A DNA stretch of 64,000 bases from Chrysomallon squamiferum (taxonomy: Eukaryota > Animalia > Mollusca): positions 20,212,001-20,276,000 of the forward strand of contig CM022665.1 in the NCBI GenBank assembly GCA_012295275.1, written 5' to 3'. The notes beneath the pieces were generated by a model. The model searched no databases. It was not told the origin of the DNA and was given only the letters and a program-made list of their open reading frames with translations. This document shows positions 27,462-42,123 of the stretch, piece by piece. Made by a program: the position numbers and the translations under genes. Position 1 is the stretch's first letter, and each line of letters opens with the position of its first letter.

Positions 27462-29253
27462 AATAATAATAATAATAATAATAATAAACACTTCATGGTC
27501 TTTTTTATTGACTAATAGTGACGTATATTTTACACACATTTTCTCAAACACACAAAAATTCAAGTTGTTTTGATGACCGGTAATGAGATCCTAGTTAGAA
27601 CGTGAAAAAGACTAAACTGTACACTGACACCCGGTTTTCCTCTGCGTTGTTCTGTAAGTAATTAATCAGCAAACACGCCATGTGTAATCTGTTCACAATC
27701 TCTCTGTGTGCGGCCGTGTTTGTAGATAAATCTCACTTAGCTAACCAGTGACTGATAAAACTGTAAGTACTCCCTATTAAACATTAAACAGTAGATAATA
27801 TGTAAAGGTGAGTAGGTTTCCCAGTTTCAAATTGCATTATCGTCTTACTAATTGCAATATGTAATATAATTATCCTACGTGTCCGTTACCCAGCAAAAGA
27901 ATGACGTCATTAACAATAAACTCATTTTCGTGTTATCTAGATAGTTTATTTTTCATTTTTACAAGATACATACATATTAGAACTTTGTCATGGATAAAAG
28001 TTGGTGTATATACGAAATACACACATATGTATATATATATATACTCGCCTACAAACAAACAGACATATTTAAGCACATACGTGTATACAAACGTAAAGCA
28101 AACAGGTAAACAATTAATCAAATAAATAAATAAATAAATAGAAATAGTTAAATATATAAATATTAAGTAAATAAAAGTATGTATGTAAGTAAGTAAATAA
28201 ATAAATACAAACTGGAGCTCCTTCACAAAAACCAAAAAAAAAAAAAAAAACCCCAAAATATCTTAAATAAAAGAGAAACAGAAATAACTAACTAAAAATG
28301 AACGACGTAATTTCATAAACTGCGTAGTGTACAAAATACCACCAAACAAAGAAATGTGAATCTTCTAATTACGTCATGAACAGACTGGTATTTTTAACAA
28401 AATACATTATTTAACGTCCACTCTCTCTCTCTTCTGAGATGAAACAAATCGTATCAGTGTCTGTAAATGAGAAAATTTCACATCTATAAAGTGAACAAAC
28501 TGGTTTCAGTTTCACAATTAGAAATAAACATTTTGTTTTCCTGCTAGCTAAATCTCATCAGAAAACACGTAACTGTGAGAAAAGTAAATAAATATATATT
28601 TTTTTTAAATAATGGGAAAATACTACACACAGTCTTAGATACTGTACTAAATAAAACGTAAACATGACGACGTAAAATAAAACGGAAACATATATATATT
28701 ACTTAATCTTCACTGTAAATGCATTTTCTTTCTTATTGCCATTCTCTCACTCGATGCCTTCGTTATCTCTTATTAACAAACCAAACTTTAAAAAACGAAA
28801 AAAACAAACATAAAACGTAAAGTTTGAATTAAAGTGTTATTATTATCATCATCATCATCATCATCTTCGTCGTCGTCGTCTGCATCGTCATCGTAGGATA
28901 ACCTTGACATTAAAACATAACAGTTAAATAGTATCAAGCGATGAGAAGCCATCTTTTAATGGCTGAGTTGAGCTGTAAATAAAACAGAAATCGTACAAGT
29001 CTCTAAGTTTTTGTCGTCTGCACTTTTCTGTCAAAACTTAGATGACCCCCAATGATGACCAGCGCGATCTAGTGACACTACAGATGATTTAAGGGAGATA
29101 AATCATTTCAAAATGGGTTTATGAAATCCTACAACTATCAGATATCGCTGAAGATAAGTGCAGGAGAAGAAGAAATGACATTTCATTTTTTTTCACCACA
29201 GCATGACTCATAAACATTTGTTTTTCTCTGAACTACGTGTGCTCTGTTTTCAG

Positions 29254-29439
29254 AGGAAGAAATTAAACAAGATATCAATGCCAAGCTTCCGCTGGCCAAA
29301 CTACAGGTCAAGCAGCGGTAAGCAATTAATCTTTTTCATTTATTCATTTATTCTTTCATTTAGCCATTCATTTATTCTTTCATTCTTTCATTCATTTATT
29401 TATGTATTCATTTCCAGTGAGTCAACTGGACAGGACTGA
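29254..29439 (+). other. Possible two small terminal exons (29254-29317 and 29418-29439) of an unassigned gene
   Basis: ttttcag acceptor, frame EEIKQDINAKLPLAKLQVKQ, donor CG|gtaagc, 100-bp intron, tttccag acceptor, then RESTGQD*. No upstream exon found. Confidence 0.25.
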
Positions 29440-31271
29440 GTTTCAGTTTTATTTTTTATTTTATAATTTATTTTATTTTTTATTATTATTATTTTTTTCG
29501 GTCCCGGATTGATTTATATTTATTTAATATTTTGTGCAGTTTATTTGTTTTAATATTAAATTTAGACATAATAACAATATGAATGAATATTTTAACAATG
29601 ATATATATATATATATATATACATGTTTTCTGGTTTCAGCGAAACTACAGGAAAAGAAGATACCATATAAATCACGTGATTTGTTTTCTTCAAGGCTTTC
29701 GTCAGTTTGACATAATATCACACATTTAATTAATTAATTAATTTAGATGTGTCGCAGCTTACTGACGTCACACACATAATTATACACAGTCATGCATGCA
29801 CGCGCACACACGACACCCCAGCACTCGCATAATACATACATACTCACATATAGTACCATTCAGTCCACAAAAACATAAATAATCGTAATGTTTTTTTTTT
29901 TTTAAAAACAACGGAAAAAAAACAAAAACACAAAGAAATCAAGGAAACGGAAAATGAAAAAGAAAATAATAATTATAACAAAAAATCAAAAGCAATATAA
30001 TGTTAATAATACTGTTGCCATAACAACCAGTCTTGCAACAGTAATTGAAAAGTAAATTATAATTATACAATTTTGTAATCAAATACGTTTTATCACAAGA
30101 TACCAGCAAAAAAATATATGTATATCTAGATATATATGTAATTATGTATGTATTTTTCATCAGCATGGTAATCCTTTTAACCACGATTTTTTCTCTCTTC
30201 TTTTCATTTCGTGTGTTTCTTGCTTTGTGTCAAAGTGTTTACCTTGGTACTCTTTACACACAGTAATTTTGATTTGATGAAAAATATCAAATCTGGACGT
30301 GACCGCGGAATTAGATAAAATAAATAAATGGCAAATGATGTGCAGTGAAAAACGCCTGCTGAGTAAACACACAGAAGAAACACAGACTAGCAGCAGATTT
30401 TAAGTTATCTCTTCAAAGTAAAAATAAACATTTTATATCAACAAGAAATAATAAACTTACCACGCAACAAGAAGATACAAATACGACACACACACACACA
30501 CACACGACATAGACACACCTAAGATTGTCGATGGCCGAACGGTATCGTCTTTCGTGTTTGAATAAAGAGCCATATCTTCGAGTCTCTGTCAGCGGAATGT
30601 GACTTTGTTAAGGTTTTGATTAAGGTCCTACTGCGCCAGTGCCTTCCCGAATACTGTCTAAGTGCACAGTCTAATCAGACATACGTAATTAAAACAACAG
30701 AATATTCATTCCTAAATACACACAAACATATGTACACTTTCATACTTATTTACTAAAAAATGGAAAAGAAAAAAATAATGTATTTATATTATTAGTAGTA
30801 GTAAAATAACCATCATCATTATTAACAATAGTAGCAGTAGTTGTTGTTGTTGTTGTAATAATAGTTTTGGTAGTAGTAGTAGTAAAAAATAAAATAAACT
30901 CGTATATAATATTTTCTATAAAAATGTTTATTATTTTGTACTGTAATTATACAATTTGATTAAAAGATGTGACGAAATTCAACTAATAACTGTCAGATCA
31001 TTTTTTTTTTTTTTTTTATTATTTTTTTTTTTTTACAAACACATAGTTTTGTACACGCGTTCAGACATATATACAAATATGTACAGCAAAAATAAGGAAC
31101 ATGTTAAAATAAAGAAAAAAATAAACAAAATCGTTAAATTAAAACATTTCGGTAGCTGTAAACATTACATACTGGAACAGAATTCTCTTTTCTGTGAATA
31201 TTAAATTAACACTGAGGAAATTTTAAAATAATTTAAATATAACTAGTTGCGATATCAAAACACATTGTTTT

Positions 31272-32045
31272 CTAAGTCGACAGGTGCGGAAGATCGCTGG
31301 CCTTAACCTGCTTGTATTCGAATCTGCAGTTAGGTTTTGAATTTGCCCCACTTCCGCTTGGTATACGCACTTCCGGAAGAAAATGTATGGATTTCTTCTT
31401 ATTCTGTTTGACGTTTCCTGTTGTCCCTTTGTTCTTGAGATACGTCTTGAAGTAACTGATGCCGCAGTGCAGTTCAATGTTCATGTATCTGGAAGAATCA
31501 TTCTTTGCGACATGTCTTCCGGACCGCTGTTGCTGTAAAACGTTTATGAGTTGATGTTTGAGTTCGTAGTACTCTTCTTGTAGTTCGTTGTGTGTTGGTT
31601 TCTGCTGGAAATTCACTTTGATCAGTGGCGAGATTTTCACTTTATCTGCCTCCCATACTTTGTATCTCTGGTAATTCGTTCTTGTCAACTTTGTTCCACG
31701 AGCTTCCACTGGGATTAAAACAGACATGTAGTCACTTCTTTCTAATCCCCTCCGCGCTGACGTCATACGTTTTGCGTTCTCTGACAAGCACTGTTCCCGT
31801 GACGTCATATTTCTCTGGGTATGTGGTGGCGGTGATATAGTTTCACATTGTGACTGTAAAGTCATTCTACTGGGACACTGAAGTCTGGACAAAACACTGG
31901 GACACGTAGTTCGAGATAAAACACTTTGACATTGCGATGTTCGACTTAAAGAGCCGTCAGCAGTTATCCAGTTAATGGCTTCTGAAATGTCATCAATTTT
32001 GACAGATCTGGTGTCCTGATAATTCGTTGAAATGGCAGGAAACAT
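31272..32045 (-). CDS. Uncharacterised basic Ser/Thr/Arg-rich protein, 257 aa from the first ATG; exon may begin at 32149
   Basis: Non-repetitive open frame of over 770 bp in a background where such frames are rare. A candidate acceptor lies at 32151-32150. No domain recognised and the 5' structure is uncertain. Confidence 0.7.
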   Translation of the reverse strand: MFPAISTNYQDTRSVKIDDISEAINWITADGSLSRTSQCQSVLSRTTCPSVLSRLQCPSRMTLQSQCETISPPPHTQRNMTSREQCLSENAKRMTSARRGLERSDYMSVLIPVEARGTKLTRTNYQRYKVWEADKVKISPLIKVNFQQKPTHNELQEEYYELKHQLINVLQQQRSGRHVAKNDSSRYMNIELHCGISYFKTYLKNKGTTGNVKQNKKKSIHFLPEVRIPSGSGANSKPNCRFEYKQVKASDLPHLST

Positions 32046-32472
32046 GGTCACGATCTTTCTCCAACAGTCTTTCTTACACAAAAACAGTACGACGAGCACT
32101 ACGAGATTACCACCCCGATGACAACGTCATATTTGTCCACTATTCTACACTGACACGTACACAAAGAACGGAGAAGTTTAATACTTTTAGACATATGTTA
32201 ATGAAGTCCTTTTTTTTATCTCTTCTGTTCTTTATAATAATTTTAGCAGGTTCTGCGCATGTCAGTTGATAGTTTGACCCCGAACCTGTTTGTTTCCGAA
32301 AGCTGTTAAGCCATACTCAGTTTGTGTCGCTTGATTAATCTGTCACTTTCACCAGCTTTCTTGTCAAAGAAAACACACACTACACCACACACGAACCACG
32401 ATCACGATTTACGTTACGTCAGCTCTGATAGCTTTGTCCTTGAAACCTATTTTTCTAGTTTTAACCTCCATC

Positions 32473-32503
<31 letters not shown>

Positions 32504-33476
32504 TACAATAATAGTAAAAATGACTGTAGTAATAGTACTAGTAGTAGTAGTAGTAGTAGCAATACATTAAATAATATAATTATATTTACTGAATATTATT
32601 TATTTATTTATTGTTGATAATGACAATGACGATAATGTTACTGCTATTTTTCAAAAATTCCGGATTATAATAATAACAACAGTTATGATAATTATTTTTA
32701 CATTATTATAGTATTAATTAATTAACAGTCATATATTAATTTTATATCTCTACGAAGGGAAGATAATCAGGATCGTAACTGACATCTGACACTATTCTTA
32801 TAACAGTAAGTACTGAAAGGTAAGTTGTATTACTGTCTGTTATTTGATTGGTTGGATAGTAAATCTAGGATGGTTAACAAGCATACCAGTAAGGATCATG
32901 TGATCGACATTCGGAACGAACAAACAAAACTGAGCCAATAAACCGATTATATCTTAACACTGCACTAAATACTCGAAAGTGACGTTTGTATTATAATGCG
33001 CTCAGACAACCTTAATATTTACTCTGTGTCTAATAATCCTTAGTTTATCTTTATGTAGGTACCTGAATATAGTTCACTGTATACATACGCTTCCAAGTTA
33101 TTGATTTTTACCCTTTGAGTTGATTCTTCTGACAATAAATTAACAAGTTTGTAGACACGTCATAAATTATGACGTAATTAGTTTGAAGTGATTGACTCTG
33201 TCACGTATTTATGTCAGACTTTACGTACGAAATGACGTCGTGATGAAAGGGAAACAAGGAGACTACTTCACCGTGACGTCATAATGAAAAGAGAAACAGT
33301 CAGCCTCAGTTTAACATCGCTAACAAATGCACACAACATAAATAATAATAATAATAATGAAGATTAAAAATTAGATAAACAGAGCAATAAAACACGTAAT
33401 AGTGATCTAGTGATTTAACTTTTTTATTAAAACATTATTTTCTCTCAGTCTATCTATCTACCTATCTGTCTATCTG

Positions 33477-33509
<33 letters not shown>

Positions 33510-33956
33510 ATGATCAATTATGATATATATATGATAAATTATTTTAATGTTAATACAGCCATATAAATAAAAGTAAATAAACAAGCACATAAAGCGCATA
33601 AACACACAGAATTAATATAAATAAATGAAAAGAAGTCTTATTTTGTTAATCTCACATGTCAGTGATGATCGTGTCAGTCACACATTGCGTTGAATCAGTT
33701 TCCAGGATCCGCTTAAGAACAGAAACAAACAGAAATGAACGACCACAAATTATAACACATTCTGATCCTCATAGACTGTGTTCATAACAAACGTTTATCC
33801 CAGTTCTTAGCAGAGACTCCAGACAGAGGACGGCAGAGGAAGAAGTAAACTGTGAATTGTGACAGCACGTGTAAATATTGTTCTTTGTTTTCCGCGTATA
33901 CAAATCACACTTAGTGTGCGTCCTTTGTCTTACACAAACGTAAAAGTTGTATACAC

Positions 33957-34385
33957 TTAGTACGCGCCCTTGCCGTACACCAGTCTTGGAGAATTTTTAC
34001 AGCTGAGATCTTCTGGTATAAGTTTGACATCAATCTTCCTCACACAGCGATAATGTCGCAGTGTTGGAGTCATGTTGTAGCTGCTTTCCGAAACCGGTTT
34101 TGGTTTGTATAAATTAGCTCTTATTTTGTGATAGTCGTTCTCCACTATCGCGTGATAGTTACGTCCCTTGGATTGTCGGCCCTTGTCTGATGCCGGGGAG
34201 GGTCTGCTTGTGTCTGCACTCCTGTCATTCAAAACACACTGATCAGTTTCCTTGTTATCCTCAGTTTCGCACACGTAATTCTCAACTCTTCTGTTGTAAC
34301 GATTTTCTCTGAAAAATCTTGACTCCCCTACGTTTATTTTAGACAGCGCTTTCAAGCAGTCTTTAACAGTGACACAGCCATCCAT
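33957..34385 (-). CDS. Uncharacterised 142-aa hydrophilic protein
   Basis: ATG in an A-rich context (aaaaaATGG), non-repetitive coding-like composition, candidate acceptor about 40 bp upstream. No domain recognised. Confidence 0.6.
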   Translation of the reverse strand: MDGCVTVKDCLKALSKINVGESRFFRENRYNRRVENYVCETEDNKETDQCVLNDRSADTSRPSPASDKGRQSKGRNYHAIVENDYHKIRANLYKPKPVSESSYNMTPTLRHYRCVRKIDVKLIPEDLSCKNSPRLVYGKGAY

Positions 34386-35237
34386 TTTTTAACGAGTCTC
34401 TTTTTAAAAACGTAAGTCATGTCTGGTAATTACACCAGAACAGGAAAAAAATTAAATAAAATAAAGTCCTTATTGCATAAAGTGGTAGAGGACGCACCCA
34501 GTAATGCAGAGTATCACACGAGTATTGTTAAATAACAGAAGTAAAACGTTCGTAATGTTAATCCAGTTACACAATTTGAAAGAAACTACTTTATCAACAC
34601 CTGCTAGCTGAAATATTTCTCAGATTGAAAAAAAGAAAAAAAAGAAAACAGACCGCTTTGCCCAAGTCTATTAAGAAGTAATTAATAATAGAGTGTTTAG
34701 TGACCCAGTTCAGTGTTACTCTATCGAGTAATCGAGTAGATTATGTCTGAATAGCGTGTGTGTGTCTAACAATGTCTCCCAGTTTACAAAGGTCGCGCCT
34801 ACGAACGATTAGTAGTGGGATCAATTCACGTGACAGGCCAGGTTCACGGAATCAGTTCACGTCACATGACACGGGTCGCAAATTCGACGTAGAAGACAAT
34901 CGTTCTAACCAGTTTTAGTTCGCGTAAACCGTCACATGCGGTGTGATCCATTCACCTTAATTACTGTTGTATCACACATCTCTTACATCAACAGACAAAT
35001 CTCTTCATGGCTGGCTGGATTTCGTGGTGTCTCCTGATATCTCCATTTCTATTTACTGATTTGCAGTAGTCTTTAAGACGTGTGTATTTTACGTAGTTAA
35101 CCCTTTTTGTACCGGTTAAAAAAGCAGGAGGGAATGGTGAAAAAAAATGGTAATAATATCTTTGTGTGAATAACATCTCTTGTAAATCAGTTGTTCCTCT
35201 GTTTTATCTATCTATCTATGTATATGTCTGTCTTTGT

Positions 35238-35272
<35 letters not shown>

Positions 35273-35614
35273 AACTATTTATCTATATTTATGATGGGGA
35301 AGAATATAGATACAGAGCATAACGTAGAAAGATAGAATTTTTTTTAAATAATTAGAAAAATAAAAATAAACTGCAAACACATCTTTCGTATTGTTCACCT
35401 GTTGCGCTGTGAATAATATTAATTAAAATTAAAATAGCAGATTACAGAACATGTCACTGATCTGTGCTTTTCTGAATGGCTTAAAATTAATACATTATTG
35501 CAACAAATCTACAATGACTGAGCCACCGTTCCGTAAAAATACTTCACGCTGCATCAAGTGATACAAACTATATATATTTTGAAATATCTTTCAAATAAAT
35601 TATATATATTTAAA

Positions 35615-35808
35615 TTTAGCATCAAGAAATTCTTTATATGCAACCACTTCACTGACAGTATAACACATAGGTCGATATGTACAGCAACGACAGCAGACCA
35701 CTGGTTGGAACGAGAACTTTTTCAGTGGATCCATCAGTAACAAGGATCGATCCGACGGCCTAAGGGTGAGATTACGCATGCTCTACTATTGAGCTACTTA
35801 CATTTTCA
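35615..35808 (-). mobile_element. Decayed tRNA-derived SINE (5' part)
   Basis: Minus strand shows A-box-like GTAGCTCAATAGTAGAGC and B-box-like GGATCGATCC, then TTCTCGTTCCAACCAGTG...GCATATAAAGAATTTCTTGATGCT. This resembles molluscan SINE cores as recalled from memory, not searched. Confidence 0.6.
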
Positions 35809-36147
35809 TCTGAATTACCTTTTAGAGAAGAAAAAGAAAATTCAATATAGTGTTATCACGAATATTTTAATAATGAACAAACAGTTTATCAAGTCTTCAA
35901 CTTTTCTGTATCGCCTTAGTGAATAATTTAGTAAGGAAATGAATTTCATGCTGTGTGAAATTAATGAACAGGTGAAACAATCAATGTCAGGTTTAATTAA
36001 TCGTCGTTTAATTATTAACTGATTAATTACCATAGGCATGTTATCGTATGCAAATCTGTGTGTATGTGTGTAAAAAAGTATACGTATACAGAATATGAGA
36101 GACAGAAAAAAAGAGATGGAGAAAGAGAGTACTTGAGAGAAAAACAG

Positions 36148-36226
<79 letters not shown>

Positions 36227-37264
36227 CTCACAGAGACAGAAAGAGAGAAATTGAGAGAGAAAAGAGAGAAAGAAAGAAATAAACGAGAGAGAGACAGACA
36301 GTGACAGAGAGACAGGGAGAGAGAACACATTACAACTGATGACGTCTACTGGTGCATTAACTTTATATTTATTTAGATATCATTATTTGTAATAAAGTTT
36401 ACAGTGATATCAAGACAAAGATAACATAAAATTTATGTTTACAAAATCAGGAATTGTTTACAAAGAAAGCGTCACAGCTAATTAACAAGCACATTGTCTC
36501 TTGTTGACGTTGTGATAATAAATACTTACACAAATTAATACTGTAGATATACATCGCGACTGTATTTAAAATAGTCTGTTTTAGTGACATCATTTAAAAG
36601 ATTATAAATGAAAAAATAAATCAATCAAATAAATAAATACATGAAGATATGTTTTTAATATTTTGGCGCTAGAAAGCATTGTGAGAAGAAGATACTGTGA
36701 ATATTTTAAAAATGGTGGTAACAAGAATATGGGAGGGATAAACAGTCACCGTGTTATATACTAATAATATTTTACATTTATTAAAGGACATTTTTTTAAA
36801 AAGACCTCATTTCTAAAATATTTCCTAATCGACACAGAACCATCTCCTCAAAAATGGCTTACACTTAAAATAACACGTAGAGAAGAAAACAAATAGTTCG
36901 TGCAAGAAATGTAGGCCCAGACACCCTCCTAAACACTGAGGTGTATCCGCTCCTGATTCGTGGTTTTCCCACGTGTTGACAAAATAATCGAGTATGCAGT
37001 ACGATGACGTAATCACTACGGTTGAGTAATTCACGCAATAAAACATGGATAATTTTTTAAAACACGGCAACTCCAACAAGTAAAAGTGGAAGTTATCACG
37101 TTCTGACACGAGTAAACTTGTTTTGTTTCACTCAGATGACATGGAGTTATGGTAAGTTATATTATTATATAGTTCTCTCTATCTTTCTATCACCACCTGT
37201 ATCACTGTCACTATCAATGTCTATCTGTCGATCTATCTGTATATCTATCTGTCTATATTAATAC

Positions 37265-37662
37265 TATTAATAGTAGTAGTTGTAGTAGTAATAGAAGTAA
37301 CAGCAGTAGCAGAAGCAGTACCACTAATAGTAGTCAGGGTAATAGCAGCAGCAGTTACAGCGGCTGTAGTAGTTGTTGTTTATCTGCTGTTGTTGATGTA
37401 TAAGTAGTCATACTGTTACATAGAAAATTGTATTAGTTTAAATATTAACGTATATATTTGATTTGTTATTAATAGCAGTAGTTGTAGTAGTAATAGCAGT
37501 AGTAGAAGCAGTACCAGTAGAAGCAGTCATGGTAACAGCAGCAGCAGCAGCTACAGTAGCTGTCGTAGTTGTTGTTTCTGCTGCTGTTGTTGATGTATAA
37601 GTAGTCATACTGGTTGCACAGAAAACTGTATTAGTTCAAATATTATCGTATATATTTGATTT
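37265..37662. repeat. Diverged tandem duplication of about 200 bp
   Basis: 37265-37464 and 37467-37662 share ctgctgttgttgatgtataagtagtcatactg...gtatatatttgattt. Confidence 0.85.
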
Positions 37663-39732
37663 CATATTACTGAACAAGTGAAAAGGTATCGGTAGTCTGA
37701 AGCTGATGTGTATTATTTTCTGCGTTGTATGTTTGTGAAAGAAAAACCGTGTATGCGCTGGGGAGAATCAGGCGAGTTTACAAAGCGTGTCAGCAGATTT
37801 GCTAAAGAAAACCGTAACGTAACGTTACGCTACTTTATGTAATTCGTGCAGGTTTACGTTTTAAAATTACGTTACAAGTTATTCACACTGTGTATATCAC
37901 TACATAATGTGTAACGCTGGTTAACACACATCACTTACATAACTCAGTGAATGAACCCAGCCCGTTACAGCGACACCCCTGAAAATTACGACTCGAGTGT
38001 TCTAGCTAATGTATCAGTGTTTGTCGCTGTCAGCATGTTTAATGCAGTTTCGTGTACAATGTAATTATTTTAGTTTTGTAGCATACTTGTCTGTTATATT
38101 AGTATTTGTCAGTGGGCAGAGAAATGTACGTCATACAGGGTTTGTGGGGTATTCATACCATCACTGCTGTCATTTCATGTAACGCCTGGTGCCTGCATGC
38201 TTTATACCTGTGTATGTGTGCAAGAGAGTGTGTGTGTGTGTGTGTGTGTTTTAACTGAATATATATATATTTGTATGTATGTATGTATGTATGTATGTAT
38301 GTATTTATGCATATATGTATATGCACGTGTTCATATATTTCTAAATATAATACTTAATTTAAATAACTCTGTACAATTTCTCAATTAGCAGACACTGTTT
38401 TTTTCTACAGGTGAGAAGCTATATGTAAAATAAGTTCTATTGCCACGTTATCCTGGCGGGTTTCTTCTCTATTTACCTGACATTCTGTACAAGGTTACAT
38501 AACCGTATATAAGAGCTGACCATGTTAAATAAAATATTTCTTAACTCTGCAAAACATTTTATATTTATTTTTATACTTCCTCTTATCCCGTTATATCGCA
38601 GCTGAAACATTTATGTCTATTAACAATAATTTTTGAAAAACAATAAATATATTTACCCGTACTGTAAAATTTCAAAATAAAATACTTTTTTCTATTATAG
38701 AATACCATTATCTGTCCGCTGAAATATTTATATCAAAGAATGACACAGACTGGTTATTATTAAAAACAGTTTTTGAAAAACAGGAAATATATTTGGCTAT
38801 GTTGTAATATTTTTACCTGTGTTGTACATTTTTTTTTTTTACCTCTGTTGCAATATTTTTTACCTCTGTTTTTGCTTATGTTGTAATATCTTTTACCTCC
38901 ATTGCAATGTTTTTACCTGTATTACATATCACAGGTAAATGAATTTTCACAAGAGAGGAAGTTCTATACTAATGATGTATGACGTCACCTAATTTGCATT
39001 GTCACTTCACCAGTGTCGCCGTCGCGGCTGACGAAATATCGCGTGTTTTCAGGAAATGCGTTGACGTCGTTAACGTAATTGCAGTTATTCAAGTAATTTA
39101 GTTATTCCAAAAAAAAAAAAATGACGTTGTCACGGTGATGTTAAACGAAACGACGTCTGTTAAGACCTTGCTTCCGATTTATGACAATGGCGTTATACCG
39201 GGTAAAAAAAAAAAAAAAATATGTTGAAGTGTTTCCAATAAACTGAGTTATAGATTTGTGTGTAATAAATGTCTGTGAGGCTGTTAGTCTGTGTGTGTCA
39301 CAGTGCATCTGATTTATACACGTCAAAAATGAGACTCGTCATTAAAACTGCCTAGAGTTGATTTTCTGATTTCACACATCTGTCAGTTAAGTCGATTCTA
39401 ACAACGGTTCTAAACAAAGCATGAAAGAAGGAAAGAAGAAAAAGATAGAGTATCAGAGAGGGAATAAATAGTAAGAATAGAGACAGGGGAAGAGAGACAG
39501 ACAGTCAGACACACAGACAGACAGACACACAGGTCGGTTGGTAGGTTGGAAACCGGGGAGAATTCTTTTTTTAATTCAATTTTAGACAAAGATATTCATT
39601 ATTTGTATTTTTTTTAAAATATAAACCAAACTAACAAATAAAAAGAAAGAAAGAAAGTGATAATTAATTATATATATATATAGATACATACATACATACA
39701 TATGTGCATACGTTCATACACGCACGCACACG

Positions 39733-39766
<34 letters not shown>

Positions 39767-40606
39767 GATATAGATATAGATACACACACACATAAACCTT
39801 ACCCCCCGCTGCCACTGTTTCACTTCGACTTGTCACTGATAAAAAGAATCAGACATTAAGTAAATGAAAATAAGTTGATTTCTGGTAGGTTTTTTTTTTT
39901 TTTTTTTCTGTCTAGTTATGAGTGGACTAATAAACATTTGTGTTATCGAAGTGCTGCTGTGAAATTTACTTCTACGACTGATATGTTTTTACTAGTGTTT
40001 GAGCAGACGAGAGCGAGGCTATTCAGGTTTACAATTATGTTAGTGAAAGCTCTTATTCTTCAATAAAGCCCACTAACGCGTTGAATGGTTACAAAATGAC
40101 ACAGGAATGCACCAGTGTTTGATAATACCCAGCAGACAATTTATTTATTTTTTACACCGGGAATCCATATTCAAAGATTTTAATGTTTTCTCTGTGGATT
40201 GTGATGTTAACGTTTGAGATGCAGACTAATTTGTGAAGGTAAAGACAAATTTCTGAATGGTTATTATTTTAATGAAATTCTGTAATTTAGTTCGAACATT
40301 AAGCCATTAGGAACTTAAGGAGGAGACAACTCGCTAGTTTGAAAGACTGTTTAGCTGTAGAAAAGTTAAGAGCAAACAACTCTCTCTTCAATAATTTATT
40401 TTCATGACTAATGTCGTTTTTTTAATTATTATTTATTTATTTATTTATTTATTTATTAACCTACATTCTATACAAAACTAAAGCTAGGAATAATTTAAAA
40501 TAAATAACATTACTGAAACGTGTATTTAAAAAAGATATTTGCATAATTAGTTGGTATCCGCCTATTTAAAAAATACTTTAATTCTGGAAATTATAACAGT
40601 ATAAAC

Positions 40607-40637
<31 letters not shown>

Positions 40638-40696
40638 TTACACACTAAAAAATAAAAAATATATTATTTTTTTAATTATTATTATTATTATTATTA

Positions 40697-40732
<36 letters not shown>

Positions 40733-42077
40733 ACATATATGCTGAAATGAAGCCTCATTAGTTCCTGAAATGCTAAGATGAACAAGGTACTCGGGATTTT
40801 ATTATGAAATACCAGATATACGTGTGGTAAGTAGCTACATAGAAATAAGTAAATAAACACGAGCGCGTCAGTTTTAGTGTTATGTTTCCTTTCACAGAAA
40901 ATATCACTAAACCAAAATAAAACAAACGACTTAACAGTTTAATACCAAAATGTGTTGATGTTTTCGATAAACATCCATTTATCCATTCAACCTGTAACAA
41001 ATAATGTAATAAGATTCGAAATGATCGAATTTCGAGAATGTATGACACACTGTGTCACTTTCCTAATTCTACAGACTCGTAAATTTTCGTGCTTTGACCT
41101 TCACCTTCGTGTTACACACACACTCACTGTAAAAATATATTTCATGTAACTATTTAGTCTGCATTGTATGAACAGTGTACAAATTACAAAAGAAAAAAAA
41201 ATTAGAAAGAAACAACAACAAATAATCTGTTCAAAAGAAGGGAAGAAATAATGAAGGTCATAAGAAACGTAAGACAAATAAAAAATAAAAAAATCTTGTT
41301 AGGGAATGTGGTATTTCAGACATATGGCTAATTTATTCCTGCAACACAAAGCTTGTCACGCTTTGCTTAACAAACCGAGCGAAATGTATCCAAACTGAAA
41401 AGGCGAGCGTGCATGCAAAAGCAGTCGTGTTTTTAAAAGGCCAGGCATTGTACATACACAAAACTGTATATTCAAAATATAACACTGCTCTATGGTAATT
41501 TCATATGAATGTATGTGTGCTGTAGCACCATTTCCGACACAAACGATAACTAATGTTATTTCGTTATTGTGTTCAAGCGAGTAATAACAGAATGAAAACA
41601 GAGTCGATATAAAACAGAATATAAATAGGTTAAATTCATGCAATATGAATGTTAAATATGGGGGGAAAAAAACAAACGTTCACATGTGAGTAAAAATTTG
41701 ACGCTTTCGTTTTTGTAGCTCTCTAAAAGGTGAAGTTTGATTCGTTTTTAACTGTTTATAATCGCGTTTTTTTTTTTTTTTCCTTTCCTTCACTGTACTG
41801 CTAACAATCTCTCTTCTATTGTTGTCTTTCCTTGCCCGCAATTTACTTCTTTTCCTTGTTTTCATATCTTAGTTTTCTTTAAAGCTAGGACAGTATTATT
41901 TTAGAATTTTAATGTGTCTGGTACATTATAACACCTTTTCTGTTTCAGTCATTTTTTGGTAAAACACAGTATCACAAAATATGTTAAAATAATGATCATT
42001 TCACAGGACATTGTTCAGTTTAGCGATACTTCTGTTTAAAAGTTAGTAAAACAAACCGATACGTTTATTGATTAAAT

Positions 42078-42123
<46 letters not shown>

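Noticed and set aside
30519-30660. Possible minus-strand mini-exon MALYSNTKDDTVRPSTIL
   Set aside because: Weak donor and no compatible downstream exon found.
35740-35808. tRNA gene
   Set aside because: A/B-box-like motifs are present but no cloverleaf can be formed; it continues into a SINE-like body.
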